NCBI GenBank assembly: GCA_964016885.1 | Contig: OZ024743.1 | Location: 376,898,001-376,962,000, forward strand | Length of the DNA: 64,000 bases | Direction: 5' to 3' | Source of the DNA: Eledone cirrhosa | Taxonomy: Eukaryota | In this document: in pieces, positions 13,861-27,137 of the stretch | How the letters are laid out: each line of letters begins with the position of its first letter | Position numbering within the stretch: the stretch's first letter is position 1 | Notes under the pieces: generated by a model | Seen by the model: the letters and a program-made list of their open reading frames with translations, nothing else | The model's database searches: none | Told to the model about the DNA's origin: nothing | Position numbers and translations under genes: made by a program

Positions 13861-16733
13861 ATCTACCCGCAATAACTGGCAATGTAAAAACTGCTACAAC
13901 TCTGGGAAACTAAACCAGAACAACCTGCCACCCTCTACACACCATCATAAACTGCGAGCAGGGTACAAATTGTTGTCCTTAAATGCTCGCAGTTTATGCA
14001 ACAAGATACATCTGTTCGAATCCTACGTCAGAAGCATCGACCCTGACTTCATCACAGTCACGGAAACATGGGCACATTCCTTACTCTGTGATGGGGTTTT
14101 CACCATTACTGGGTACAACCTTTTCCGCAGGGACCGCATTAACCGCCGTGGTGGTGGTGTGATGGTCTACGTTCGTTCAAACTTTTCGGTAATTCCTTGC
14201 GTTGATTTGAACGAATCACAGGAAGAAGTTTTTTTCTGTGACATACGTATGACCATGTCAACACTTCTGCTTGGTGTTGTTTATCGACCCCCAAACTACC
14301 ACCAGGACACAGCTTTGCGATATCCTCAGAGTTGCTGCCAAGAAAACAGCCACTTATGTGTTTATTGCAGGTGACTTCAATCATCCTGAGATCGATTGGG
14401 AAACCTTTCGTTGGCCACAGGGTGCAAACGATTTCCTTGAACTAGTGCTGGACTCAAACTGGTCACAAGTAGTCACCTCTCCAACAAGAGGTGACAACAC
14501 TTTGGACCTGATCTTCACCACTACTCCTGAAGTGGTTATCAGTTGTACTACTGAGGAACCTCTAGGCGACTCTGATCATGCTATGATCATTGCCAATCTG
14601 GCACTTGAGGGCAGCAACAAAAACCAGGGCCATCTCCAATCTGCTTGCTTTGATTGGAAGAGGGCGGATTGGAACTTGTACTGCACTGAGCTACAGCGCC
14701 CAAACTGGCATGAGATGTATAACTCTGGAGATGTGAACTCTATACTCCAGAGCATCCTGGACTCAATATGGATAGCGTGTGCAGCATCAGTGCCACGGAA
14801 GCGGAAAAATAACCACCCCAAAAGTGCAATCTGGGAAACTTCAGCGGTCCGACTTGCCAGGAAAGAACGTCGGAACGCTGAACGGGAATATAAACTGCAT
14901 AGATCAGATGCCAACAGAAAAAAGCGGAATAAATCTTCTAACCATCTCAAGCAAGTGACAAAGAAGGCAGTGCTTGAATTTGAACAGTGCATCGCAACCA
15001 ATCCTGACAGTAAGGTGTTCTGGAAATATGTTCATTCAAAGCAGAGACCTCACTCTCCAGTTGGTCCTCTTCGCAATCCCCACACAAGCCAGATCACTGA
15101 CGATCCCAAGGAATGCGCAGAACTCATTGCTGAGTGCTATGCAAGTATTTTTACTGTTGAAGACCAGAATGTACCATCTCCACCATCTCTAACATCAAAT
15201 TCCATAACAACTATGGAATTTACACCTGCAATGTTGCGACGTCACCTTAAGAATAAGCGCAACTATGCCTCCCCTGGTCTTGATGGTGTGACATACCTGC
15301 TTCTCAAACGTGGCGGGGATTTCCTTTTGCGCCAGCTTTCTTTTTTCTTTCAATACTGTCTCAGCAATGGTGCTACTCCGGAGCAGTGGAAAACTGCCAG
15401 TGTCATTCCCCTGTTCAAAAAGGGCAACCGCATGTCACCTGTCAACTATCGTCCAGTCAGTCTTACTAGCTGTATGGCCAAACTGATGGAATCCTGTGTC
15501 AGAGAAACACTTTGGAACTTCTGGAGCTCTCACAGCCTCATCCGGCCCTCACAGTTTGGATTTATCCCTAACTCCAGCTGCTGTGATCAGCTTATCGAGT
15601 TTCTTGAGGACATCACCCGGATCACTGACAGCGGCTCATGGGTGGATGTTGTTTACCTTGACTTTGCTAAGGCTTTTAATTCTGTGCCACACAAAAGACT
15701 TATGGCAAAACTCTCTGCAATGGGTGTGAGGGATGATCTTTTCGACTGGCTGAAATCCTTCATTCTCAGCCGAAAGGAAGTAGTCACGGTTCTAGGACAG
15801 CATTCTTCACCATATGAGATGTCATCTGGTGTACCACAGGGATCTGTTCTTGGTCCTCTTTTGTTTGTGGCATATATTAATGACATAGATGCCAACTTAC
15901 AGAATGCCACGGTACTAAAATATGCAGATGACATCAAGCTGTACCTTGAAATCAAAAGGACTGATCCTGAAATTTACAACTCTTTCCTACAATCAGACCT
16001 GGACACAATGCAGCAATGGATCACAGACTGGCAACTGAAGCTGGCTGTGGACAAGTGTACCACCATGCATTTTGGAAGGAAAAATCCAGCGTCCACATAC
16101 TCCCTCCACAACACTGACATCAAAAAGTCCTCTTGTGAACGTGACCTGGGCATTACTGTCAGCAACGATTTGCGTTGGACAAAGCATGTCTCTAAGATTG
16201 TCAAGAAGGCCGAGGGTGTCTTGGCATCACTCAGCAAGACCTTTGTTAGCCGCTCTCCAGCCATCTATTTAAAACTGTATACAGCTATGGTGCGACCACA
16301 CTTGGAATTCGCATCATCAGTCTGGAACCCCTATCTTGCTCGGAACATTGACCTCCTGGAAACTGTTCAGAGACGTGCAACCAAGCGCATACCCTCCATC
16401 AGACACCTACCATACTCTGAACGCCTTGCTTCCCTGGGCATGGATTCATTGAAGCTCCGACGTCTGGCAATGGACTTGGTGAATACCCACAAAGTTTTTA
16501 ACCATCTCGCCAACTGCAACCATGAGCGCCTCTTTGATCTCCATGTGTCTAACACACGTGGACATGCCTACAAGATAAGAAAACAGCACAGCTCCCATGA
16601 CTTTCGCAGACATTTTTTCACGCTCAGAGTTGCTGAAGCATGGAACAAACTGCCTGCGTCAATTGTTAGCTGCCGAGACACTGCATCCTTTAAGACACTC
16701 ATGCTTCCCAAAATACGCCAAAACTACACCTGA
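13861..16733 (+). pseudogene. CR1 ORF2 (APE-RT) split by a frameshift near 14305-14312
   Basis: YRPPNYHQDT in the 13787 frame continues as QLCDILR..GDFN in the 14271 frame; the offset fits loss of one CA in GACACAG. Confidence 0.85.
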
Positions 16734-17015
16734 TGTACCCCTTCCATACACATGCACACATGTGTGTATCATGACTCGTGCACTGTTCATTTTACTGATG
16801 TTTGTGCATTGCCCTATGTACTGTACATGCACTTTTTTGATGAGTTGTGGTGCACCTGGGCACTGTGCACAATATTTCGTTATTGTTATTATATCATGAC
16901 TCATACACTGTTTATTTTCCTGACATTTGTACATTATTCTATGTACTATACATGCACCTTTGATGAGTTGTAGTGCACCTGAGCACTGTACACAATAATT
17001 TCATTATTATTATTA

Positions 17016-17016
<1 letters not shown>
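13861..17016 (+). mobile_element. CR1-clade LINE, 5'-truncated, APE endonuclease plus RT with one frameshift
   Basis: LNARSL, VTETW, RRDR..GGGV, YRPP, GDFN, SDH (APE); YRPVSL, QFGF, DFAKAF, GVPQGSVLGP, YADD (RT); RPHLEF..VWNP, VQRRATK, TRGH C-terminus; (TTA)n tail. Confidence 0.93.
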
Positions 17017-17046
<30 letters not shown>

Positions 17047-17156
17047 AAGAAGAAGAAGAAGAAGAAGAAGAAGAAGAAGAAGAAGAAGAAGAAGAAGAAG
17101 AAGAAGAAGAAGAAGAAGAAGAAGAAGAAGAAGAAGAAGAAGAAGAAGAAGAAGAA
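17017..17156. repeat. (AAG)n microsatellite; a matching short (AGA)n lies at 13841-13860
   Basis: Direct. Confidence 0.95.
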
Positions 17157-17953
17157 AACTGAATTTAGAGATCCACAGACATGGAACTGGTTGAAAAGAG
17201 GAGACCTTAAAAAGACTACAGAAGGAATGTTAATGGCTGCGCAAGAGCAGGCCCTCAAAACGAAGTGGTTGAAACACCATATTTACAAGGAGGAGGCTAG
17301 CCCACTGTGCAGGATCTGTGGAGAGAGAGAGGAGACTGTGGCTCACATTGTATCCGAGTGTAAACACCTAGCCCAGACTCACTATAAGGGCTGGAGACAT
17401 GATGTGATGGGCAGGCTGATCCACTGGCACCTATGCAAAGTAAACAATTTACCACATTCTGAGAAGTGGTATGAGCATAAGCCAGAGTCGGTGATAGAAG
17501 ACGATCAGCTGAAGGTGCTGTGGGATTTTAGGATACAGACGGACAAGAAACTGGAACACAATAGACCTGACCTGGTGGTTTTGGACAAAGAAAAAAGATC
17601 GTGCCTGATTGTGGATGTGGCCTGCCCATTCGACACGAGAGTGCAAGAGAAGGAGAGGGAGAAAATTAACCGATACCAGGACTTAAAGTGGGAGGTAAAA
17701 AGGATTTGGAACTGCCATGAAGTCAAAGTGATCCCGATTGTCATAGGCGCACTAGGGACTATCTCAAAACGTTTCCAGGGATGGTTAAAGAAAATTGGCC
17801 CTTTCACGCTTTTTGGAACGCTTCAAAAGGCATGCTTGCTGGGAACAGCAAGAACCCTCCGATACGTCCTGAATATCTGAGGCTGCAGGTAGTGGCTTGA
17901 TATTCATTTCAACAAACTTTCCAGTTAACTAACATCAATGACTGAGACTCAAA

Positions 17954-17955
<2 letters not shown>
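17154..17955 (+). mobile_element. 5'-truncated R4/Dong element, family A copy 2, (TAA)n tail to 18044
   Basis: ORF 17191-17880 nearly identical in protein to copy 1; same 3' UTR. Confidence 0.92.
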
Positions 17956-18045
<90 letters not shown>

Positions 18046-19032
18046 GGGAAGAAGACGCACGAGGTGGTAGAAGGTCATGAAATCGCTCCCGTAAGTTTTT
18101 GATTTTTAACATATTTAAATCAATTGTGAAATAACAATTCTTAGTACAAATGTTGCATAAACCACCGAATCAAGTCCCATAAAATTTCGGATCCATATTA
18201 TATTGTTATATCGCTCAAATATTCAATTTTGTATTATATATTTTGTATTAAAAAAAAAGAAAATGGTTATAAATGGAAGAAAACACCCTCTGTCTACACT
18301 ATATAGAACAGCCAAATAACAGCAATTTCACCAACACCAGAAACTTGACACACCACCTATCCCATCACACTAAATATAACAGCCAGATAACGGCAATTTC
18401 ACCACCACCACTATCAATCCCAGCATCATAATAATAATTACTATTATTATTGTCTCAAGTCTTAACAAAATGTTTAATTCCAATTTTACGGGAATATGTC
18501 AACACAATATATATTAAACATACGAACACAAACTCATAGATACTACATATCACAAAACACAGTAACGACAACGCCACCGCCGCCACCACCCCATCCATCA
18601 TTGCTACCACTATCCCATCACCGCCGCCACCACTCCTTCATTGCTACCACCACTATTCCCCTGTTAACTTGAGAGAGAAAGGGGAAGGTGGCAGTATCAC
18701 TAGACAAGGGAGAGGCTAGCAAAATATATAAATAGATTGACTTAGTGACCTGGCCACCGGCCAAACGTCAACATCAACAACTATGGGACTGCTGGCTCAC
18801 CCCTTCCTCACCAACAATATAAAAAGCCCCGGCACCACCACCGACATAGCCAACAACAATAACAGGCAACTTCAGCAAAAAGTATATTATATTATTGTAA
18901 TGCACTGGGTGATTGCTGGCCTTGTGCCTGGAGTGGAGACAATTATTAATAATTTCATTCTTAAGCCACGCAATGCTCACATTAAGGAACCACTCATGAT
19001 AATAACAATTTAAAAAAACAACAAAAAGAAAA

Positions 19033-22000
19033 CCCCGTGACCAAGAAATACCGGGATGGCGGCCGGCGGGGAATAGCCGTGTCTCTAGGGGAGAACGACC
19101 CCTCTAGTCTTGGTTGACACTCGTTCTAGAAGTGGTAACATGAAATGATTACCCCTTGGCGGATAAGGATAAAACGCGACAAAATAAAGTAAATGTCTAA
19201 TGATAAAATCTCATACCGGATCGGCCGTCACCCGGGTAAAAAAGGGCCGCGTCCCTCAGAGAGGAACCAGACTGGGGTCGAAAAATCAGCTAATGGTTCA
19301 AACCTTCCCATCACTTCGGAGCTGGAGACCTCCCATAACCGGAATACTCCTACTGGTGGCCCTCCATGCTCACCACCAAGAAATCCAAAGAAAAAGAGAG
19401 AAAAATGGTCAAGGGAAGATAATAAAGAAGTCATTGAGGCTTTCTACACTGCCATGTACTACCCATCAAATACATCGAATACAGAACAGACATATATCAA
19501 CTGGAAAAAGAAACATCCCGAAAACAGAGGCTATATTGACAGTAACAAACTAGCCAATATACGAAGAAATATTGTAAGAAAAAAGTTACTAACTGATATA
19601 GAAATTGATCAGATCAAGCTATTAGTACAAAGTCAGCGAAGGGAAAATGAAACATGTGTCAGTGAAAACGAGGCAAACTGTAACACTTCAAATCCCAGGG
19701 TTGGGGCGGAATCACTGGCAACAGAACAAATTAAAGAAAGGATCGAAAAAGTGGAGGGAGTGCATGCTCAGGATGAAACTCCAAATGAAAATAATGAGAT
19801 CGTAAATGATAAAGAAATGAATGAGAATGAACTTGCCAACTTGAAGGATGAAATTATGATAGAATGGATGAAAATGAAAGAATCTGACATGGGGCAACGA
19901 GACACCCTCCCTAAGATCCAGAACTCCAAACAGAACCAAAAGATAATACACAAGACTAACATAATTCTCAAAAACATTATCATCACAAACAAACTAAACA
20001 TTACTGATTTAAATCATCTCTATTATGCATCGGCTAAAGTCACCACTCACTTATGTGGAGTGAAGATGAAAAAACAAAGGAATTCCCACAAGAAATCTAC
20101 TTGGCAAGAGAACATCAATCGCCAAATAAACCTTCTCCGATCTGACATAGAAATTTTAACAAACTATAAAGTAGGTGAACATGTTAAACAAACTAAACTT
20201 AGAAAATTGAAAAAAAAGTACAGTATAAAATCAACATGTGACATAGACATGCAGATAGAAATAATCAAGCAAAAAGTGTCGGCCAAAGCTGCTCGTATAA
20301 GGCGCTTTGAAAAACGATCTAGATTCTATAAGGACAATAATATGTTCAAAAACAACCAAAGAAACTTCTACAGAAAAATTGGTAAGTCAACAGTAACTGC
20401 TAGATCAATACCACCCAAGGAGGAAGTGCAAGAATTCTGGGAAAAGATCTGGGCCGAAGAAAAAGTTCATAACATACATGCCCCATGGATAGACAGACAA
20501 ATGAAAGATACAGCTCACCTTGAGGAACAAATATGGGAAAATATAACAGTTGACCAGTTGCGCTTGGCTCTAAGAAAAACCAGCAAATGGAAATCCCCAG
20601 GAAAAGACAAAATACAAAACTTTTGGATAAATGCCTTCAGAGAGTCTCATGAGCTGTTAGCCCAACTTTACATTGAAATAGTTAAGGAGCCAGAAAAGAT
20701 ACCATCATGGCTAGTTAACGGCATTACATTCCTGCTTCCGAAGAATGATGAGACAAACAATCCCAAAAATTACAGACCGATAACTTGCTTGACCACAATG
20801 TATAATATGTTAACATCAGTCCTAACTGAATACACATATGACCACCTGATAACAAATGACCTATTTCCCATTGAGCAGAAAGGGTGTAAACGAGGCTCAT
20901 ATGGCTGTAAGGATCAGCTTCTGGTTAACAAAATGATACTGGAAGATTGTCATAATAGACACAAAAATCTATCGATTGCTTGGATAGATTATAAAAAAGC
21001 ATTCGATAGTTTGCCACACAGTTGGATTGAAAAATGTTTAGAGATTTTCAAAATATCCCCCGTTGTCAGGAGGTTTTTGTCATTCAGTATGAAGACATGG
21101 AAAACGACACTCCTTTTGAATAGTGAAACAAAATCACTGGAAGCTGGAGAAGTTAATATTAATTGTGGAATTTTTCAGGGTGACTCTTTATCACCGCTTT
21201 TATTCTGCATCGCACTTATACCATTAAGTAAAATGCTCAATGAAACAAAACATGGATATAAAGTCTATGACAAAACCATTAATCACCTGTTCTACATGGA
21301 TGACCTGAAACTATTTGCAAAAAATGATGAACAATTGCAAGGGCTATTATCCACTGTGGAGCAGTTCAGTGATGACATTAAAATGGAGTTTGGACTAGAT
21401 AAATGCGCCAAAGCAACGTTCGCCAGAGGAAAGCTGCTGAAGAGTTCAGACATTAATCTTGATCGGGGAACGTGATAAGAGAACTTGATCAAGAAAAAAC
21501 TTACAAATATCTAGGTGTTTGTGAAGGAGACGGAATCAAGCACTCGACAATGAGGGAAAGGATAAGGAAGGAATGTTACCGCAGAGTAAGAGCAATCTTA
21601 AAAACGGAATTGAATGCAAGGAATAGGATCGATGCCATAAACACGCTTGCCATACCAGTAGTAACCTACAGTTACAATGTCATCAACTGGTCAAGCACAG
21701 AGATCCGTAGGCTCGATACAAAAATTCAAAAATTCTTAACCATGCACAGAATGCATCACCCTAAGGCAGATATAGATAGAATATATCTCCCTAGGAAAGA
21801 AGGAGGACGTGGGTTAATCCAGTTAGACATTGCGTTGAAAACTGCAACAATTGGATTATCTACATATCTAAGGGAATCACATGATTGGATGATCAAACTC
21901 GTTTTGAAACACGAAAGCATCAAAAGATCATATTCCATTACAAAAGATGCACAAAGATACAGTAATGGACTACAAATTTCAGAAGTCCCATTTACTGCTG

Positions 22001-22985
22001 AAATGGAAAACACAGAAAAAGCAAAGCAAGTAAAAGTAACTGCAAAGAAAGAACTGCTACAGAAACTGGCTAAGAAATGGCAAGAAAAGCCTCTGTATGG
22101 AAAATACCCAGAGCGAGCTAACAATCCTGATGTTGACAAAACTTTAACCCATCAGTGGTTGGCATCCTCTGGACTGAAATCGGAGACTGAAGGACTGATT
22201 ATATCGGCACAAGATCAATGTCTGCCAGCAAAAAATTACCAAGCCAACATAATAAAAAATGGGTGCAGCCCATTATGCCGTGTATGCAAAAAACAACCAG
22301 AGACCATTGACCATATAATTTCAATGTGCAGTCCTATAGCTCCAACCGAATACCTAAACAGGCATGACAGAGCTGCACAATACATACATTGGATAATGTG
22401 TAAGCATTTTGACCTGCCCCATCAAAAGAATTGGTGGGAGCATCAACCACCTCCCTTACTTGAAAAAGATCACATCTCAACCTTGTGGAACTTTAGCATC
22501 CAAACAGACCGAAAAATAGATGCAAACAGACCTGATATAATATTGAAAGACTTTCAAAAGAGGGTATGCCTGCTAATTGATATGTCTGTTCCAATAGACA
22601 AGAATATATCTATAAAAACATTTGAAAAATTGAGCAAGTATAAGGACCTGGAGATAGAAATTGGAAAAATGTGGAAATTGAGAACTAAAACAATACCAGT
22701 GGTTGTAGGCGCTCTGGGAATGATACCTAAGGGGGCTAATGATTACTTATCGCAAATCCCAGGAAACCCGCGTATAGGAGAAATACAAAAGATAGTACTA
22801 ATGGGAACTGCCCATATACTAAGGAAGATTCTGTCAATATAAGTACATCACAAGTCTAAACACTAAAGATGTATGTGTGAATATGTATGTTCTTTCTTGA
22901 ACATGGCGGACCTTGTTGTCTCTTGAGGTCACTGGTTGTGACTTGGTGATAACTCGTATGAACATAAAGCAAGATAAATGCAACT

Positions 22986-22986
<1 letters not shown>
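19033..22986 (+). mobile_element. Apparently full-length R4/Dong-clade non-LTR retrotransposon (family B), (TAA)n tail 22987-23020
   Basis: GC-rich structured 5' UTR; KSPGKDKIQNFW, YRPITCL, EQKGC, WIDYKKAFDS, GIFQGDSLSP, YMDD, YKYLG, RKEGGRGL, CCHC knuckle, NRPDI..IDMSVP..EK..KY. Confidence 0.93.
19193..22842 (+). CDS. R4/Dong RT-RLE polyprotein (about 1216 aa) interrupted by a single 1-bp deletion near 21465-21471
   Basis: ORFs 19193-21475 and 21472-22842 join with a -1 offset at GATCGGGGAACGTGATA; no other stops. Confidence 0.85.
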
Positions 22987-23020
<34 letters not shown>

Positions 23021-23527
23021 TTACCACATTCTGAGAAATGGTATGAACATAAGCCAGAGGCGGTGATGGAGAACGATCAGGTGAAGGTGCTGTGGGATTT
23101 TAGGATACAGACGGACAAGAAACTGGAACACAATAGACCTGACCTGGTGGTTGTGGACAAAGAAAAAAGATCGTGTCTGATTGTGGATGTGGCCTGCCCA
23201 TTCGACACGAGAGTGCAAGAGAAGGAGAGGGAGAAAATTAACCGATACCAGGACTTAAAGTGGGAGGTAAAAAGGATTTGGAACTGCCATGAAGTCAAAG
23301 TGATCCCGATTGTCATAGGCGCACTGGGGACTATCTCCAAAAGTTTCCAGGGATGGTTAAAGAAAATCGGCCCCTTTACGCTTTTTGGAACGCTTCAAAA
23401 GGCATGCTTGCTGGGAACAGCAAGAACCCTCCGATACGTCCTGAATATCTGAGGCTGCAGGTAGTGGCTTGATATTCATTCCAACGGACTTTCCAGTTAA
23501 CCAACATCAATGACTGAGATTCAAGGA
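23021..23527 (+). mobile_element. 5'-truncated R4/Dong element, family A copy 3, (TAA)n tail to 23604
   Basis: LPHSEKWYEHKPE...LRYVLNI near-identical to copies 1 and 2; starts directly after the TAA tail of element B. Confidence 0.92.
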
Positions 23528-23535
23528 ATAACAAC

Positions 23536-23605
<70 letters not shown>

Positions 23606-23809
23606 TTGATCGTGATGATGATGGTTGATTGATTAAAGAGAAGTCTTGGAAAAACGATGAAATCACAAATGACTGGAGAAAAGCATTGGTGAAAAGTCTT
23701 AAGGCAATACATACATACTGCTTTGACTTCCTTTTCTACGTTCTATATTTCTCTGTATCTGTCTCTCATCTCTCTTTTTCTTTTTTCACTTTCTTTCAAC
23801 CAATTTTCA

Positions 23810-23851
<42 letters not shown>

Positions 23852-24828
23852 TCTCCATATCTTCTTCCCTCTCTCTCTCCTTCCTCTCTCTTTCTCATCT
23901 TTTCTGTGGCTGTCTCAGTTTACTGATCAGTCGGTTTATATTGCTGTAGACTCACTCAAGCGTCATATTAGGACAAGTGATAATGGTAAGGCATGGTAAG
24001 GCAGAGAGGGGTAGAAAGAGACAGTAAGAGACACATAGATAGAGAAAGAGGGATAGACAGAAGGACTTACAGAGTAGAAGAGAGAGAGAGAGAGAGAGAG
24101 AATCAGATCGAGAGAGGAACAAAGACACATGGATAGAAAGAGAAAGAGGTACACACAGAGTAACTGACATAGATAGAGACAGAGACAAGCAGAGAGAGGG
24201 GGAGAGAGACAGGGACTAATACACATAGAGAGATAGAGAGAGCGAGAGAGAGAGTGAGAGAGAGATAGAGGCAGAGAGACAAACAGATAGAGAAAAATTT
24301 TAAATTAAAGAAATGCTAATAATGGCAGTAAAGAACAAAGGAAGAAATTTTTTTACTTTTGTTTGTTTTTTTGTATTTTAAAGAAATTTTATTAAAATTA
24401 AAAACATAGATTTTATATTTTTTATTTTTATAATTTTATCTAAGAATAATGAATACTTTAAATAAATTTCTTGTGATTTTTAAACTCTAATATTTTCACA
24501 ACACAGTTCTGCTTGAGGAATTGTCTAACAAACTAAATTGCTAATCATTCCTTGCCACTTTTCTTTAATTCTTCAATTAAGGTGCTTTAATCTTTCGTGT
24601 ATTTTAAAATCTTTCTTTGGTTTCGGTTTTGTGTGTTTTTATTTATCTTTATTTTTTTTATTTTTGTTAAACAAACACAAAAACAAAAAGACAATATTTA
24701 ATATAGGAACACAAGACATATTTTCCATTTGGTTCCAAAGATTAATTTTAAAAAACTTGAAAATTGTCATATTTCAATAGCTTTCCTATAAATACGCGTT
24801 TACTTTGATGTTCAAAGGTGGATCTTGC

Positions 24829-24990
<162 letters not shown>

Positions 24991-25873
24991 TGTGGGTTTG
25001 GGTGTGTGTGTGTGCGTGTGTGCGTGTGTATAATTTTCTTTTCTTCCCATAATGCTAGTATACAAACACGTTAGTTTTTAAAAGATGCTGTTTGTCTTAT
25101 ATTAGATTGTCATTAAGGTGTTATTTGACATTAAATACCCCACCACCACCACCGATAACAACAACAACAACAACAACAACGTCAAAACAACACCTTAATA
25201 CCACCAACACCACATCCAATACCACCGCCGATACCATCCTTGTGCACCGACACCAACACTATTACACCAGTTAGAGAGATAAATGTTGATATCTTTCACT
25301 GTAGCTTTTAAAACATCTTTCTTCCATTAAATCGGCATTTATGCTAGTAAAATAAAAAAAATAAGAAGAGGCACAGGCTGTCCATGGAACTTGTCCAATC
25401 TATGAAAAGATATGTTTTGTTTGTCTTTGTGTTTATGTTTATGTGTTTTGGCAGAGCTTTTGAAACTGTTTACCAGAGGGCATATTCTTTCTAAAGCACG
25501 TAGAATCACTAAAACAAAGAGTAGATTTATCTAAATGTATAAAAACAAAAATATCTATTATAGCTTCCAGGGCTTTATAAATTCCTGCAGCCTAATCCTC
25601 AATGAATAGTATTATATATATATCTTGAGGCTGAGGAAATGATAACCTTTGTTTTGGTTTAAATCCAACCTTATACTTGTTGGCACCAACTGCCTGTCTT
25701 CTCTTGTAAAAAACAAATATTTCTTCCCCAAACTACATTAGTTAAAAATCTTCTGTTAACAGTAAGATTTGTTTGTATTATTTCCTTCCTTTAACACATG
25801 TTTTTATTCTTTTCCTGTCAACAACATACTGAATAAAGTACTAAAAATGTTACTGAAGCAAACCATCAGCATT

Positions 25874-26116
25874 TTAACCCTTTTGATACCAATCCGACTG
25901 AGACGGCCTCAGGTCATTGATTCAGCTAATATTTACATTAAAACCTTCCAACAGAGTGTTATGTAAGAACTAATCTACCGGCTATGTTCTGAACATCAGT
26001 TTAGTAATGAAAACGTTGATTGTTTTTTTATTAAATTCCTCAAAATTCTTGATTAATTTCCAAATTATACAGATAGGCAGAATATTTCATTAGAAGTATG
26101 GCCGTGAAATTGTTAA
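25874..26116. mobile_element. Degenerate TTAA-flanked MITE (piggyBac/Kolobok-like)
   Basis: TTAACCCTTTTGATACC at the left end, TATGGCCGTGAAATTGTTAA at the right end; imperfect TIRs. Confidence 0.45.
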
Positions 26117-26140
26117 AAGTTTATAATATAAATCACCATT

Positions 26141-26312
26141 AGAGCAGTGGGTTGGCAGAATCCTTACAGCGTTGAACAAACGCTCTACGATATTTGTTCC
26201 GGCTCTTTATGTTCTGAGTTCAAATCCCGCTGAAGTCAACTTTGCCTTTCATTCTTTCGAGGTCTAGAAAATAAAGTATTAATTCTGTTCTGGGGTCGAT
26301 ATAATGAACTTT
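26141..26312 (+). mobile_element. tRNA-type SINE (Deu/Nin-like core)
   Basis: TTGGCAGAATC, GAGTTCAAATCCCGC, GTCAACTTTGCCTTTCATTC, TGGGGTCGAT. Confidence 0.8.
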
Positions 26313-26684
26313 GACTAAAAAAAGGACCTCGTGGTGGATATGAAGCAGGCAATGTGGCCTGCAAGGCAGAAATCTGCTTTAATGTGAGGAAATGACCGTC
26401 TTATAAATGCCATAACAAATAAAGTCCAGCTTCTGAGTTGAATATAAATATACATTTGAAATATGTGCGTCCAAGCGCCAGTGACCACAATAAAAGTCAA
26501 TCATTATAAATAATACTTGAGAAAATTGGGTAATTTACCCGTGGAGACACAAAACGTAGAGAGATGTCTCAGTTCCCCCCCCCCCTTTTGGTTTAGCGGA
26601 TATTATGGCCACAACAAAGATTGTCTCTTTGTTATATTCGATTATGCTTTTATCCATCTATCATTTTAACACATTGTCCTGGGA

Positions 26685-26835
26685 TATTTTTTTCTTTTGC
26701 TGGCTTCAGTCACCAGAGTGAGGCCATCCTAGAGCAACACCCCGAAGGATTTTTAGTCGATCATACAGACCCGAATCTTATATATATTTTAGTGATCCCT
26801 ATTTATCGAAAGTTATGCGACACAAACAGTAACGT
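26685..26835 (-). mobile_element. Degenerate fragment of a second cephalopod-type SINE
   Basis: TTCAGTCA..GGCCATCCTAGAGCA..TTTAGTCGA resembles a common octopus SINE segment as I recall it. Confidence 0.4.
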
Positions 26836-27019
26836 AATATATGTATGTATATATAAATATATATATATATATATATAATAGGGGGGGGTATATGCAGAAG
26901 CATAGCTATGTTAAGAAAGTTTACATGCACGTAACGTTTGGTTTTCAATACCATTATATAACACCTTCATTATTAAATATATAGACACACACACACATAC
27001 ACACATATATATATATATA

Positions 27020-27096
<77 letters not shown>

Positions 27097-27137
27097 CGGC
27101 GATTAATTTGTTTTGCGAGGTTTTTGATATGAAATCG

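Noticed and set aside
19033-19135. Canonical HDV-like ribozyme
   Set aside because: Could not assign P1/P1.1/P3 and the catalytic C in the required order by eye; kept only as an unclassified structure
21455-21480. Programmed -1 ribosomal frameshift
   Set aside because: No X XXY YYZ slippery site; R4 elements normally have a single ORF; an indel is more parsimonious
13298-23340. Antisense and alternate-frame ORFs inside the retroelements
   Set aside because: Shadows of the retrotransposon ORFs with no independent motifs
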